Below are positions 1-9,421 of a stretch of 59,963 nucleotides of DNA, one piece after another. The notes under the pieces are model-generated. The model saw nothing but the letters and a program-made list of their open reading frames with translations. It made no database searches and was not told where the DNA came from. The stretch comes from a virus (lineage: Duplodnaviria; Caudoviricetes). How positions within the stretch are numbered: position 1 is the stretch's first letter; each line of letters begins with the position of its first letter. The stretch spans positions 1 through 59,963 of the IMG/VR virus record IMGVR_UViG_3300030104_000859; one strand, written 5' to 3'. Made by a program: the position numbers and the translations under genes.

Positions 1-504
1 CCTCTTCCTAATTTAGCTTCTAAAATTTCTACATCTGTAAGATCGTCAATTTCTAAACCACCTTCTACTAATTCTGGAACACCTGCTGTCTGATCAACTA
101 TTAAATCAGGTCTAGTCTCAGATTCAAATAAAGTTTTTTTAAGTTGTCCTTTTTTTTGTAAATCTTCTATAGTTCTTTTACTTTGCTCTCTTTCACCTAC
201 TGTTTGAAAAGGATACTTTAGAGTTTCTCCTACTATCTTGAATGCCTCTGGATCAGTATTAGGTGAAGGTCCACCATAGTAACCAGATTTAATTCTACCT
301 CCAAAAAAGTTAGTTTTGGGCCTTGTTTTAGATCCCAAATGAGGTTTTAAATTTGAAATTCTATTAAACAAATTTTGAATATCTTGTAACAAAACAGATT
401 TATTTGAATCATTATTAACAGGTTTGTTACCAATAGAACCTTGTTGCCTTCTTACTACAGGAAGTCCAGATAAACCTCCTACAGATCCACCAGTTGCAGC
501 AGGT
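1..504. repeat. Imperfect terminal overlap with 59442..59963 (circular contig with two alleles)
   Basis: 1-90 is identical to 59442-59531 and 427-504 is identical to 59886-59963; the middles diverge. Confidence 0.95.
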
Positions 505-1427
505 TTAGGTGCAAAGATATTACCACCACCACCAAAGCCACCAGCAAGACCAATACCTGTAAGACCAAGACTTAGTAGTGATTGTCCTGTACTAGGTTGA
601 GGACTAAAGCTTGTTTTAGTTTGATCAAAAGTTCTAGCAAAAGGATTACCATATACAGTTCCTGAGTATTGAGCAAGATTTGTTTGTGGAAATTGTTGTT
701 CTTCCAAGAATCTATAGTAAGCTTCATCTAAAGCTGTTTGAGCCATAGCTTGTCTTTCTTCTCCTACTGTCTTTTGCGCCCCAAGTTCTGATATATCACT
801 TTGTAATACCTGAGTTCCTAGACCAGCAATATCCTGACCAAAGCCACGTTGTCTTGCTCTTTCAGCTTCAAATTGTTTCTGTGCAGATTCAAAAGCTCTT
901 TGCTGTCCTCTTGTTTGAATATCTGCTAATAACTGTTGTTGATTTCTTGCTGCTTCTGCTGCTTCTATAGCTGCTCTACTTCCCATAATACTACCTGCAC
1001 CAGCTTCAGCAGCTTGAGCTTCTCTTACCTGACTAGCTCTATCAAAAACTCTATCTGCTTCTCTCTTCTCTACATCTATAACTGCTTGCTGATAAGGAGA
1101 CATATACTGTTGTGCAGTTTCGGGTGTAAAACTTGCAGCAGCACCTTGAGCAGCTTCAGCAGCTTGAGTTAAAAATGGTCTGGTAGTTCCCCTTAAACCA
1201 GCAAGACCTGTAAGAGCAGCTTCTTGATCAGGAGTCAACTCAGCTATAGTTTGACCTCCATAAGGAGAGTAACCCCTTTCTTTTTCTGCTTGATATATAT
1301 CTTGAGCTTCTCCTAATATCTCTGTTATAAACGGAGACATTTCTTTAGGAATAGCTGCTGACTGAACAACAGTAGAACTAGGAGTCTTACTTTGTTTTGT
1401 TCCAAATAATGAAGATAAAAATCCCAT
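1..1427 (-). CDS. 5' part of internal virion/DNA-ejection protein; not in the ORF track because it runs off the window start; continues at 59441->58559 (about 769 aa in total)
   Basis: Manual translation from the ATG at 1427 (MGFLSSLFGTKQSKTPSSTVVQSAAIP...QQYMSPYQQAVID...) is open to base 1 and ends ...EILEAKLGRG, which matches the ORF 58559..59863 protein. Ala/Gln/Gly-rich and helical-looking, like podovirus pilot proteins. Confidence 0.75.
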   Translation of the reverse strand, partial: MGFLSSLFGTKQSKTPSSTVVQSAAIPKEMSPFITEILGEAQDIYQAEKERGYSPYGGQTIAELTPDQEAALTGLAGLRGTTRPFLTQAAEAAQGAAASFTPETAQQYMSPYQQAVIDVEKREADRVFDRASQVREAQAAEAGAGSIMGSRAAIEAAEAARNQQQLLADIQTRGQQRAFESAQKQFEAERARQRGFGQDIAGLGTQVLQSDISELGAQKTVGEERQAMAQTALDEAYYRFLEEQQFPQTNLAQYSGTVYGNPFARTFDQTKTSFSPQPSTGQSLLSLGLTGIGLAGGFGGGGNIFAPKPAATGGSVGGLSGLPVVRRQQGSIGNKPVNNDSNKSVLLQDIQNLFNRISNLKPHLGSKTRPKTNFFGGRIKSGYYGGPSPNTDPEAFKIVGETLKYPFQTVGEREQSKRTIEDLQKKGQLKKTLFESETRPDLIVDQTAGVPELVEGGLEIDDLTDVEILEAKLGR

Positions 1428-1429
1428 TG

Positions 1430-2092
1430 TTACACCCTTTCCATCATTGGCCTAAGAGCAGCTAAACCATTTATTTGATTTGGTTGTTGATCTGTTCCAT
1501 AAGCTTGTCTTCTAACATTTTTAACTACGTGATCCATAACTTTTGCACCCTCTCTTGCATTCCCATTACCAAGAGCAGACATTGTATGGGCATCAACTAC
1601 ATATTCTTTTGGACTAACTGCCAATGTTGCTACTTGTCTTCCATTATCTCTAATAGGCATATATACATTATCTTGCATACCATGACCTTGACCGGGAACC
1701 ATACCACTAAACTTACCACCTTCAGCCATACCAATTAAACCACCTTGAGCAGTCTTTATTGTTCTTGGAGTTGGAGTTGGAATTGAAGGCATAGCTACTC
1801 CCATTAAATCTCGTAATGCAGCACTTAGCTCTTTTTCAGTTATTCCTGCTCTTTTTAGTAAACTTTCTTTAGCTGCTACTTCTACACTCTTATTAATTAT
1901 ATCTGCTTTTTCTTCATCACCCATAGATCCAATTTGATTAGCTACTAATTGTTGTTGTTGTTGTTGTCGCATTTGAATAGGATTTAATCCTTCAAGTCCT
2001 CTAACTTTTTTTAAAGCTCCCATAGAATTTTTATTAGCTTCATTCCTATAAGCCAGTGCTTGTCCAGTTCTTCCCATATTCTCAAGATCCAT
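1430..2092 (-). CDS. Putative internal virion protein (likely start MDLENMGR)
   Basis: ORF with GGGGA SD before the ATG at 2092. Contains AQGGLIGMAEGG and a C-terminal 'VPGQGHGMQDNV...VSPKEYVVDAHTMSALGNGN..GA' module typical of such phage virion proteins. Confidence 0.6.
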   Translation of the reverse strand: MDLENMGRTGQALAYRNEANKNSMGALKKVRGLEGLNPIQMRQQQQQQLVANQIGSMGDEEKADIINKSVEVAAKESLLKRAGITEKELSAALRDLMGVAMPSIPTPTPRTIKTAQGGLIGMAEGGKFSGMVPGQGHGMQDNVYMPIRDNGRQVATLAVSPKEYVVDAHTMSALGNGNAREGAKVMDHVVKNVRRQAYGTDQQPNQINGLAALRPMMERV

Positions 2093-2166
2093 ATTGATTC
2101 CCCATCTGTCTAGACGTAAAGTTACTAATGTCTCCTTGAGTATCAAAGTTATTTTGATTATTATAA

Positions 2167-2195
2167 TTATACACTATTTTTCCCTGATTCCCAAA
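2167..2195 (-). promoter_or_regulatory. sigma70-like promoter TTGGGA-N17-TATAAT
   Basis: Minus strand reads ttgggaatcagggaaaaatagtgtataat, upstream of the ejection-protein genes. Confidence 0.5.
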
Positions 2196-2314
2196 TTGTT
2201 GTGGTATTTTTTGTTGCAGAGAGTACATATCTTCTCTCAATACCATACCTTTATTATGTACACCAAACATGGTTTCATTATTAACTATATCAAAGTGTTC
2301 TTTCATATTATACA

Positions 2315-2590
2315 TTAGTTTAAATCCTGCCAAGATGTTTCTGATCCAAGACTAACATATCCTTTAAACTTACCACTACTAGCTGAATATGCTATGTCAC
2401 CCTTCTTCGGTCTACCTATACTTGTTATTGTTACAACTCTAAATATATTTGTTGATGGTGTATTCTGTGCTTCTAGATCTCTACTATCAAGTTCGTTTAC
2501 CAGTATTGATCCCCATCTCTGTATCTGCTTATACATATCTATAAGGTCTTCATTACTCATTTTCATTGGTAAGGTAGGATATCTTGCCAT
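2315..2590 (-). CDS. Small virion-associated protein (MARYPTLPM...)
   Basis: ORF coupled to the stop of the preceding tail gene. Confidence 0.55.
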   Translation of the reverse strand: MARYPTLPMKMSNEDLIDMYKQIQRWGSILVNELDSRDLEAQNTPSTNIFRVVTITSIGRPKKGDIAYSASSGKFKGYVSLGSETSWQDLN

Positions 2591-4740
2591 TATCTTCCCC
2601 CATCTCCCTGAACAGCTAGTCGAATAGATCCCCACTTCCAACTTGCATTATTTGCTGCACAAGATACCCTTACCTTTGCTTGCCTTCCTCTGGCTCTAAG
2701 ATCAACTTTCTGAGTTGTATTCGTTATATCAAATTCTTTTGTTATAGAGTCTGTACTTTCTGGATATTGTTTAGATATTAACTCTAACTTAATCTTACCT
2801 GTACTTAAATCAAAGTCAGGTATAATTCTATTCATAAACATAATTGCATTACCATCATCTACATCAAAGTCAGCAGACTCAATAAATGAAGTTAATGTTT
2901 CACCGTCTCCTGTAAATACTCCTGCTGGTTCATTGTTATATAAAAAGTTTCCTGTTGTTGTAGCACCAGTAGTTATAGTATTACCAAAGACTTCTCTATC
3001 CTTGAAGGTTGTAAAGAAGGTATCACCATATACCCAATAGCCTTCATCAGGAGAAAAGATTACATAGCTGTCACATTCTGTTGCATCATTAGAAACAAAC
3101 AACCATATAATTTCTTTAAACTCTGAATTAATTCCTGCATATACTTTATCATAGTAGGATGTATTTAGTTTATCAAAAACAAACCTTCTTACTGTACAAT
3201 CCAATACTTCTACTTGTCCTGTATTTGCATAGAAGTTATCGTACCCCATCCAATATGTTACACCATTATAATCTATACCTGCATGTGGACCAATCAATCC
3301 ACAGTTAGTTCCTGCCTGTTGAAACTTAAATGTAAATGGTGGACCAGCAAACTCCATCAACCATAGTGAATTATCTGTCCATATATTAATAGCATTCTTT
3401 GATCTTACACCACCTACAATACGAGTACCATCTGTTAATACTACCTCCCCTGCTGTAGAACTAACAGAAGGAACCCAATTAGTTCGACTGTTTTGATCAG
3501 ACCATCGAACCAACATAGGATTAAATGTACCACTTACTGTAGCAGTAGGACTAAATTCATTAGCACCTAAAGCTATTACGTGTCTGTCATTGGGAGACAC
3601 AATCACAGAATTAACACTAATAGGAGAGGTTGTAACAGTAGTAGCCCTTACAGGTGACGTTGAGGCTTGAGTAATAAAGTAGTAGATATTACTTCCTCTC
3701 CTATTTAGCAGTACATTTTCATCCCAATTATCCATACTCCATTGTGCAATATCAAGAGCAAGATCTGTAGCATCTGCTGAAGCTTCTGCATTCCAAGCTC
3801 TACCAGATCCACCTCCTCCTGTTTGTTTATAAACTAATGCAGTCATATTTAAACTAGATGTTACATCTCCACTGGCACTTGCATTAGCTGCTGCACTTAT
3901 TATTACTTGTGTTCCATTTACAGATACGATTGTAAAGAGTGGACCACCTGCTGCTGGTTTTGTTAAATTAAGATTACCACCTATTGTAGCAGCAACACTA
4001 TCAATAGATGTATTTTGAAATACTATAAAATCATTAGCAACACCACCATGAGCAGAAGCACAAGATACGGTAACGAGTGCATTACCTGACGTTGACGATA
4101 TTTTAGAAAGACCAATAGACGTTGGATCTGCTGCATTATAATCTGAAGCTCCATATCCTACCCCCTGACTAGCTACTGAAGTTCCTGTAGCAATATAATA
4201 GTTAAAGGTAGCAGATCCTGCCTGAGTAGAGGTAGCACCTGCATTTCCTGATATTGATATTGTAAATACATTTGTATCTACTATAGAGGTGATCTGATAA
4301 ACATTCCCTGTTAAACTCACATCACTTCCAAATACGGCTGCCGATGTAAATAAAACGTAATCTCCTTTCTGTCTGCCATGTGAACCATCTGAACAACATA
4401 CTCTTGTTGATCCAGCAGTTGTACCAAATACGTTAGCTAATGTTACAACAGTTGTTATAGGAGTTATATCTGTTATTTGATCTCCATCATGTTCATATAC
4501 TTTTTCTGGAGTAGCAAATAAAGCTCTCTTCTTATTACTGTTATCTTTCCAAGCCATAAGATCTCTTGCTGAACCATCGAATGCTGTGCTTACTTTAGTA
4601 GCATAGCCTCTCATATTCTCTGGTCTTTCGGCACGAAAACGTACACGATTACCATCGAACCATTTACCTTCTTCAGCATATTGGGTTGTTTCTCTATTGA
4701 ACCCTTGCTTGAAATCAAATTTAGCTAACTTGGCTGTCAT
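2590..4740 (-). CDS. Tail nozzle / DNA stabilization protein (P22 gp10 / T7 gp12-like) with Ser/Thr-rich insertions
   Basis: 716 aa; N-terminal 'GFNRETTQYAEEGKWFDGNRVRFR', 'LVRWSDQ', 'GTNCGLIGPHA', and C-terminal 'RARGRQ...WKWG..RL...DG.R' motifs; synteny. Confidence 0.7.
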   Translation of the reverse strand: MTAKLAKFDFKQGFNRETTQYAEEGKWFDGNRVRFRAERPENMRGYATKVSTAFDGSARDLMAWKDNSNKKRALFATPEKVYEHDGDQITDITPITTVVTLANVFGTTAGSTRVCCSDGSHGRQKGDYVLFTSAAVFGSDVSLTGNVYQITSIVDTNVFTISISGNAGATSTQAGSATFNYYIATGTSVASQGVGYGASDYNAADPTSIGLSKISSTSGNALVTVSCASAHGGVANDFIVFQNTSIDSVAATIGGNLNLTKPAAGGPLFTIVSVNGTQVIISAAANASASGDVTSSLNMTALVYKQTGGGGSGRAWNAEASADATDLALDIAQWSMDNWDENVLLNRRGSNIYYFITQASTSPVRATTVTTSPISVNSVIVSPNDRHVIALGANEFSPTATVSGTFNPMLVRWSDQNSRTNWVPSVSSTAGEVVLTDGTRIVGGVRSKNAINIWTDNSLWLMEFAGPPFTFKFQQAGTNCGLIGPHAGIDYNGVTYWMGYDNFYANTGQVEVLDCTVRRFVFDKLNTSYYDKVYAGINSEFKEIIWLFVSNDATECDSYVIFSPDEGYWVYGDTFFTTFKDREVFGNTITTGATTTGNFLYNNEPAGVFTGDGETLTSFIESADFDVDDGNAIMFMNRIIPDFDLSTGKIKLELISKQYPESTDSITKEFDITNTTQKVDLRARGRQAKVRVSCAANNASWKWGSIRLAVQGDGGR

Positions 4741-4743
4741 TTA

Positions 4744-5673
4744 TTATCTCTTAAAGTCTTTTAACATTACTGTATCTATTGTTGCAGCACTTCTTACATT
4801 ATAGACAAGCATATCTACAGCACCACTTGTTGAAGTAGCAGCAGGTACAGAGCCACCGGGAAACTTCCATACTGTATTATAACTAAGTGTTCTACTTCCT
4901 GTACCATCCTGTACTACATAAATACTTCCTGTCTGACCTGTTGTAGCATTACTAGGAGCAGCCAGTGTTCTATTACCACCAAGAGTTACAAGAAAGTTAT
5001 TACCTGTATTCATTGATACAGCAACTGAAGCTGCATCTGTAAGTGTAGTAATAAAAGATTTTACTGGTCCTGATACTGAAACTATACCATCTGTTCTTAC
5101 TGTACTGGTAAATACAACAGAAGCTGTAAAATGTTTATCAGCTACAATTGTACTTGATACAGATGCAGGAACATATCTTATATCAGCAAGAGAAGTATCT
5201 GGTATCTCTGTAGCACATACTCCTACATCTCTAGCTGCTGCTGTTCCTGTAGGAGTAACTACAGAGAAACAAGATGTTCCATTTGTTATGTAATAACCAT
5301 TACCACTACCTACTGTTACACCTGCATTACCTGCTACTCTTAAAACAACTGCATCAGTTGCTGTTGTATTAGCTGATACTACATTACGAATAGCATAAGC
5401 TTTTGGTGTATTAGGTACAAGAACAATAATAGAAGTATTAGCTCCTCCTACTGATCCTTTAAATTCTAGTATAGCAGATCTAGATTGATCCTGACTACCT
5501 TGATTTTCTGTTAGGGTTACGGTAGCAGCCGAACCTAGGGAAACAGTTGTATAAGAAGCCACAGCCTGATCTACAAGGCTAATAACATTATTTAGCACCT
5601 GACCCCAAGTATTAGGATTGTCACCGTCACCTTGTTTTGTTAGACGTAGATTTGTTGTATATGTACTAGCCAT
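4744..5673 (-). CDS. Short tail fibre / fibre-anchor protein
   Basis: N-terminus MASTYTTNLRLTKQGDGDNPNTWG and a C-terminal 'TLTDAASVA...QDGTGSRTLSY...WKFPGG...AVD' fibre domain. Confidence 0.65.
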   Translation of the reverse strand: MASTYTTNLRLTKQGDGDNPNTWGQVLNNVISLVDQAVASYTTVSLGSAATVTLTENQGSQDQSRSAILEFKGSVGGANTSIIVLVPNTPKAYAIRNVVSANTTATDAVVLRVAGNAGVTVGSGNGYYITNGTSCFSVVTPTGTAAARDVGVCATEIPDTSLADIRYVPASVSSTIVADKHFTASVVFTSTVRTDGIVSVSGPVKSFITTLTDAASVAVSMNTGNNFLVTLGGNRTLAAPSNATTGQTGSIYVVQDGTGSRTLSYNTVWKFPGGSVPAATSTSGAVDMLVYNVRSAATIDTVMLKDFKR

Positions 5674-5682
5674 TGTGGACTC

Positions 5683-6024
5683 CTAATAATTTATTCCTTT
5701 TTCTTTTTTAATAATCATTCCCATACCTCCTGCAAAATATATACAAGATATTCCTGAAGCACTATGAACTATTACAGTAAAAGCACCTTCTTTATTTAAG
5801 TAAATATTTAATGCATTAACTTCATCAAGTATTCCTTGAAAAATAGTTTGCTTTGGTTTAAAAGTTTTATTTACATTTTCGGTAGCAGCACAATAGGTTG
5901 TTGTTACTACTTCCTGTATAAGCATATCTAATCTTGGTTTTTCTTTTGCCTTTACTATTGATGTAAAAATTAAACCTAAAATAAAAACTAAAATTAATGT
6001 GCTAATTATATATAATTTTTTCAT
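5683..6024 (-). CDS. Hypothetical protein with N-terminal signal/TM segment
   Basis: Hydrophobic N-terminus; two Cys. Confidence 0.5.
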   Translation of the reverse strand: MKKLYIISTLILVFILGLIFTSIVKAKEKPRLDMLIQEVVTTTYCAATENVNKTFKPKQTIFQGILDEVNALNIYLNKEGAFTVIVHSASGISCIYFAGGMGMIIKKEKGINY

Positions 6025-6542
6025 TATCCTAACTCAGGCCAATCATAAAGTATACCTGATTTTTTACCATCTATATCAACTTCTACCCAAAGTTTAGCTA
6101 TATCATCTGCACTAGAACAAGCATCAATAGCATTCTCCATCTCTGTAGCTTTAGTTCTTATAGCATCTCTCCATGTTTGTATATTACTAGGAATAGCTGT
6201 ACCTTTATCTGCTTTTCTAACAACATACCAATCTGTCTTAGAAAGTAAAGATCCTTGTTGTTTTTTAACTTCATTCTTAAAAGTAGATTTTAAACCTAAA
6301 ACTAGATTATCTCCAGATCCACTATCATCCATAGCTTTAGCTGTAGAGGTTATATTTCCTTCATTATCTTTCGACCAAAAGTATAATCTTTCATCTGGAT
6401 AAGTTGGATCAGCAACTTCTTTAAGATTATATCTATCTTTTTCAGTACTACTCCATATTTGCCAATTACTAGGATGACGTACTCCACTTGAGTCTACCCA
6501 TGATTTACCGGGAGTTATTATCCTATCACCATATTTCCACAT
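6024..6542 (-). CDS. Tail fibre assembly/chaperone-like protein
   Basis: 'LLSKTDWYVVR...IP..IQTWRDAIR' motif of fibre assembly chaperones; lies directly after the fibre gene. Confidence 0.6.
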   Translation of the reverse strand: MWKYGDRIITPGKSWVDSSGVRHPSNWQIWSSTEKDRYNLKEVADPTYPDERLYFWSKDNEGNITSTAKAMDDSGSGDNLVLGLKSTFKNEVKKQQGSLLSKTDWYVVRKADKGTAIPSNIQTWRDAIRTKATEMENAIDACSSADDIAKLWVEVDIDGKKSGILYDWPELG

Positions 6543-6556
6543 TTATATCTCCGTTA

Positions 6557-9421
6557 TTAATAGGCTGTTGAATTTGTTGTTTCTTCCCCACCAAAAGGAT
6601 TATTAGCCCATGCTGCATATACATAAGTTGCTCCACTACTATTTATATCACTATCTGTAGCTGCTGGAGCAAACCCAGTACTCAAAAACGTAATTTCCTC
6701 ACTACCTGTTGTTTCTGCTGCTGTCGTATTAACAAGAAACTGATCGTCTATTTCATTAACTGGACTTCTAGCATTATCATATAACAGCCAATTTCCTGAA
6801 GCAGTTACTTTTCTTATTATAACCAATGAAGGCTTAAATCCCAAACTTACCACTGGAGGTATACTCGAACTACCTGTTCCATAATATTTTCCAAATTTAC
6901 TAAAACCTTCTATACTTGCAAAAGCTATTCCAAGAGTTGCTGTAGTTCCAGAATTTAGATCACTAGAAGTTCCTACTGTAAAAACTGATGAAGTAGGGGC
7001 TGTATCATTCCATAAAGTAGATGCATCTGTTCTAACAGAATTACCATAAAGAGTAATACCATAATCTTCAGGAGCAGTAGTATCTGCACTTCCATGATAA
7101 GTCCAAATACCTCCTGATGTTAATTTACCAACCCAAATCATATCAGGTTTTACTCCTAATCCATGTCCTATTGTATGAACAGACCCAGAATTACCCGGAA
7201 ATATACTTATAGATATGCCACTTGTTGTATTGACGGTAGTTGTTGTAGTATTTGTAGATCCGTCAGTATTACTACTTCCTGAACCTCCTCCTGCAAGCCA
7301 AGACCAAGATGCAAAGTATTCTCCAAGATCATTAAAGCCATTTGCTCCTGTACCAAGAGAAAAACCATCACTATCAAAACTTGTTAAACTATTTGTATCT
7401 GTAGTTTCTGATGAATTATCATTAGGTTGTAAATATTTAGTTGCTCCACTAGCAGCATTAAATAATTTATGAGCATCAGCTTGAGATCTATTTTTCATCC
7501 ATACTAAATCTGGTTGAAATGTACCTCTATCAGAAGTTGCTTCACCAGCAACAGGTTTTACTTTAAAATTAAATTCTTCCCATTGAGTACTATTGGTTCC
7601 ACCAGAAACTTTTATCAATCTATAGAATGTATAAGTTGCTGTAGCACCAATACTATCAAGAGTTATTACATTTGTTACTGCTGCACTTGTTAAATCTTCA
7701 TCTGAAGATATATCTGTATAAGTAGAATCATCATTTGATCCTTGCCATTTCCAAGTACCAAGATTTCCACCAGCAGATTGAAAATATATTGTAGCTTCAG
7801 TTATATGAACAGCTTCTTCAAATTGAAATTTAAAATTCATGTCATCAGCATAACTAGTAATACCGGGACCATCAGTTAAATTACCATTAATTAAATTATC
7901 TCCTGCTGCTGGACTATAACTTCCACCATTACCTGAAGCAACTATAATATTACTTCTATCTCCAGATCCATACTTATTAAAGTAACTAGCTCCTCCTTGA
8001 TCTACACTTCTAACTGCTCCTGTACCTTGATATAGCACTGTTTGAAAGTATTTAGAACTATCTTCAATAGTAGGTGTATCTAAATTAGCTGGACTTAACT
8101 CTTTAAAACCTGATGATGGAGTTCCAGAAAGATTAGAAAATGTTGCTTTAGAACGAAGATAAGATCCTACACCAAAATGCAAACTATCTTCACCTGATAA
8201 TCCAACAGTATTAGATGCACCAGTTGAAGCAGGAAATACTTCTGTATCATCATCAAAAATTGTTATAGTATCATTATCAGCATCATACTCTATTCTAAAG
8301 ACTCCATTAAGAGGACCACCTGTATCTACAACAATAGTTGAAGAACCTTTTATTATCTCTCCAGTTCCAATATTAAGATAATAACCAGATGCAGACCCGA
8401 CTGTTGTATTATTATCTCCCATTTTTGTAACTCCAACTAGATAGAAGTTAAGTGTTGCAGGATAGGTAGCATCTGCTGATACCGTAAATTCACAAGCCCA
8501 TTTACCACTTTCAGGTATTGCCATAGAAGAGATAGCTAAATCATAACCACCACTATTACCAGTTGCTTTAAGATTGCCTTGACTTAAAGTTATATCAGAA
8601 GATTTATATAATGGTGTTAATATACACTGATTATTTGTAGGAGTATCGGTAGATTGATCACCAGCAGCTAAATTATTAGCAGTAAAATCATTATTGTTTC
8701 CACTAATATCATTTCCTAATGCACTAGAGTCAGCAAAATCTAGGTAAAATCCATTATCACCAAAAGTTAAACCACTAGGATCTTTTGGCCTCCATACTCC
8801 ATTATTCCATTCTCCAAAGTTTTCTGGTTCATAAGCTTGACCATCACAAAAAACAGCTTCTGCAATATATCCATCACCATAATTTGTGCTTCCTGCTTGT
8901 CGGCCTAGATATTGAGTAGCTCCTCCAGTATTAATAGCACTAGTAGCTCCAGAACTAGGTATAGTATTTGTAGCAAATGTAGTTACTTCAACACCATTTA
9001 CAAATAGTCTAAACCTCAAATCCTCATTAGAATTATCGGTGTCATAAATATTTACAAAATGATACCAAGCATGAGCATCTAAAAAAACTTCATTCGTTCT
9101 TAGTACTGCTGAAGTTCCACTTACACCTTCATCACTTACAGTAATAGTATCAAATGACCCTGAACCGTAGTTGTGAAATTGCATAGCAGCAGCCGTTGAC
9201 GAAGTAAATACTGATAATCCCCAAGTTTGACGGACTCCAAGTTTACCTCTTTTTACCCAAGTAGAGTAAGTCCACTTGTTTAAATCAGTTGGAGTAGCAT
9301 TTGTTCTTGAAAAATTAGCAGTATCTCCTGAATCAAGTATTACACTATTTCCAACAGTATGTGCTGTTCCACCTGATGTAGCTGCTGCTGCACCCATTAA
9401 TAAGTTATTTTGAAAAACCAT
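6557..9421 (-). CDS. Receptor-binding tail protein with ConA/LamG-like, SPRY-like and discoidin-like modules
   Basis: 954 aa; 'WTYSTWVKRG', 'AWYHFV...RLFVNG', 'FGDNGFYLDF', 'SGKWACEF', 'WKWQGSNDDSTYTDI', 'FQPDLVWMKNRS', 'HGLGVKPDMI' and 'GFKPSLVIIR' motifs. Confidence 0.75.
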   Translation of the reverse strand: MVFQNNLLMGAAAATSGGTAHTVGNSVILDSGDTANFSRTNATPTDLNKWTYSTWVKRGKLGVRQTWGLSVFTSSTAAAMQFHNYGSGSFDTITVSDEGVSGTSAVLRTNEVFLDAHAWYHFVNIYDTDNSNEDLRFRLFVNGVEVTTFATNTIPSSGATSAINTGGATQYLGRQAGSTNYGDGYIAEAVFCDGQAYEPENFGEWNNGVWRPKDPSGLTFGDNGFYLDFADSSALGNDISGNNNDFTANNLAAGDQSTDTPTNNQCILTPLYKSSDITLSQGNLKATGNSGGYDLAISSMAIPESGKWACEFTVSADATYPATLNFYLVGVTKMGDNNTTVGSASGYYLNIGTGEIIKGSSTIVVDTGGPLNGVFRIEYDADNDTITIFDDDTEVFPASTGASNTVGLSGEDSLHFGVGSYLRSKATFSNLSGTPSSGFKELSPANLDTPTIEDSSKYFQTVLYQGTGAVRSVDQGGASYFNKYGSGDRSNIIVASGNGGSYSPAAGDNLINGNLTDGPGITSYADDMNFKFQFEEAVHITEATIYFQSAGGNLGTWKWQGSNDDSTYTDISSDEDLTSAAVTNVITLDSIGATATYTFYRLIKVSGGTNSTQWEEFNFKVKPVAGEATSDRGTFQPDLVWMKNRSQADAHKLFNAASGATKYLQPNDNSSETTDTNSLTSFDSDGFSLGTGANGFNDLGEYFASWSWLAGGGSGSSNTDGSTNTTTTTVNTTSGISISIFPGNSGSVHTIGHGLGVKPDMIWVGKLTSGGIWTYHGSADTTAPEDYGITLYGNSVRTDASTLWNDTAPTSSVFTVGTSSDLNSGTTATLGIAFASIEGFSKFGKYYGTGSSSIPPVVSLGFKPSLVIIRKVTASGNWLLYDNARSPVNEIDDQFLVNTTAAETTGSEEITFLSTGFAPAATDSDINSSGATYVYAAWANNPFGGEETTNSTAY

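Noticed and set aside
1-504. End repeats as true direct terminal repeats or a DGR template/variable pair
   Set aside because: They fall mid-gene; divergence is not adenine-specific; there is no reverse transcriptase; an assembly bubble fits better.
1949-1967. (TTG)n run
   Set aside because: Short poly-Gln codon run; no further evidence of function.
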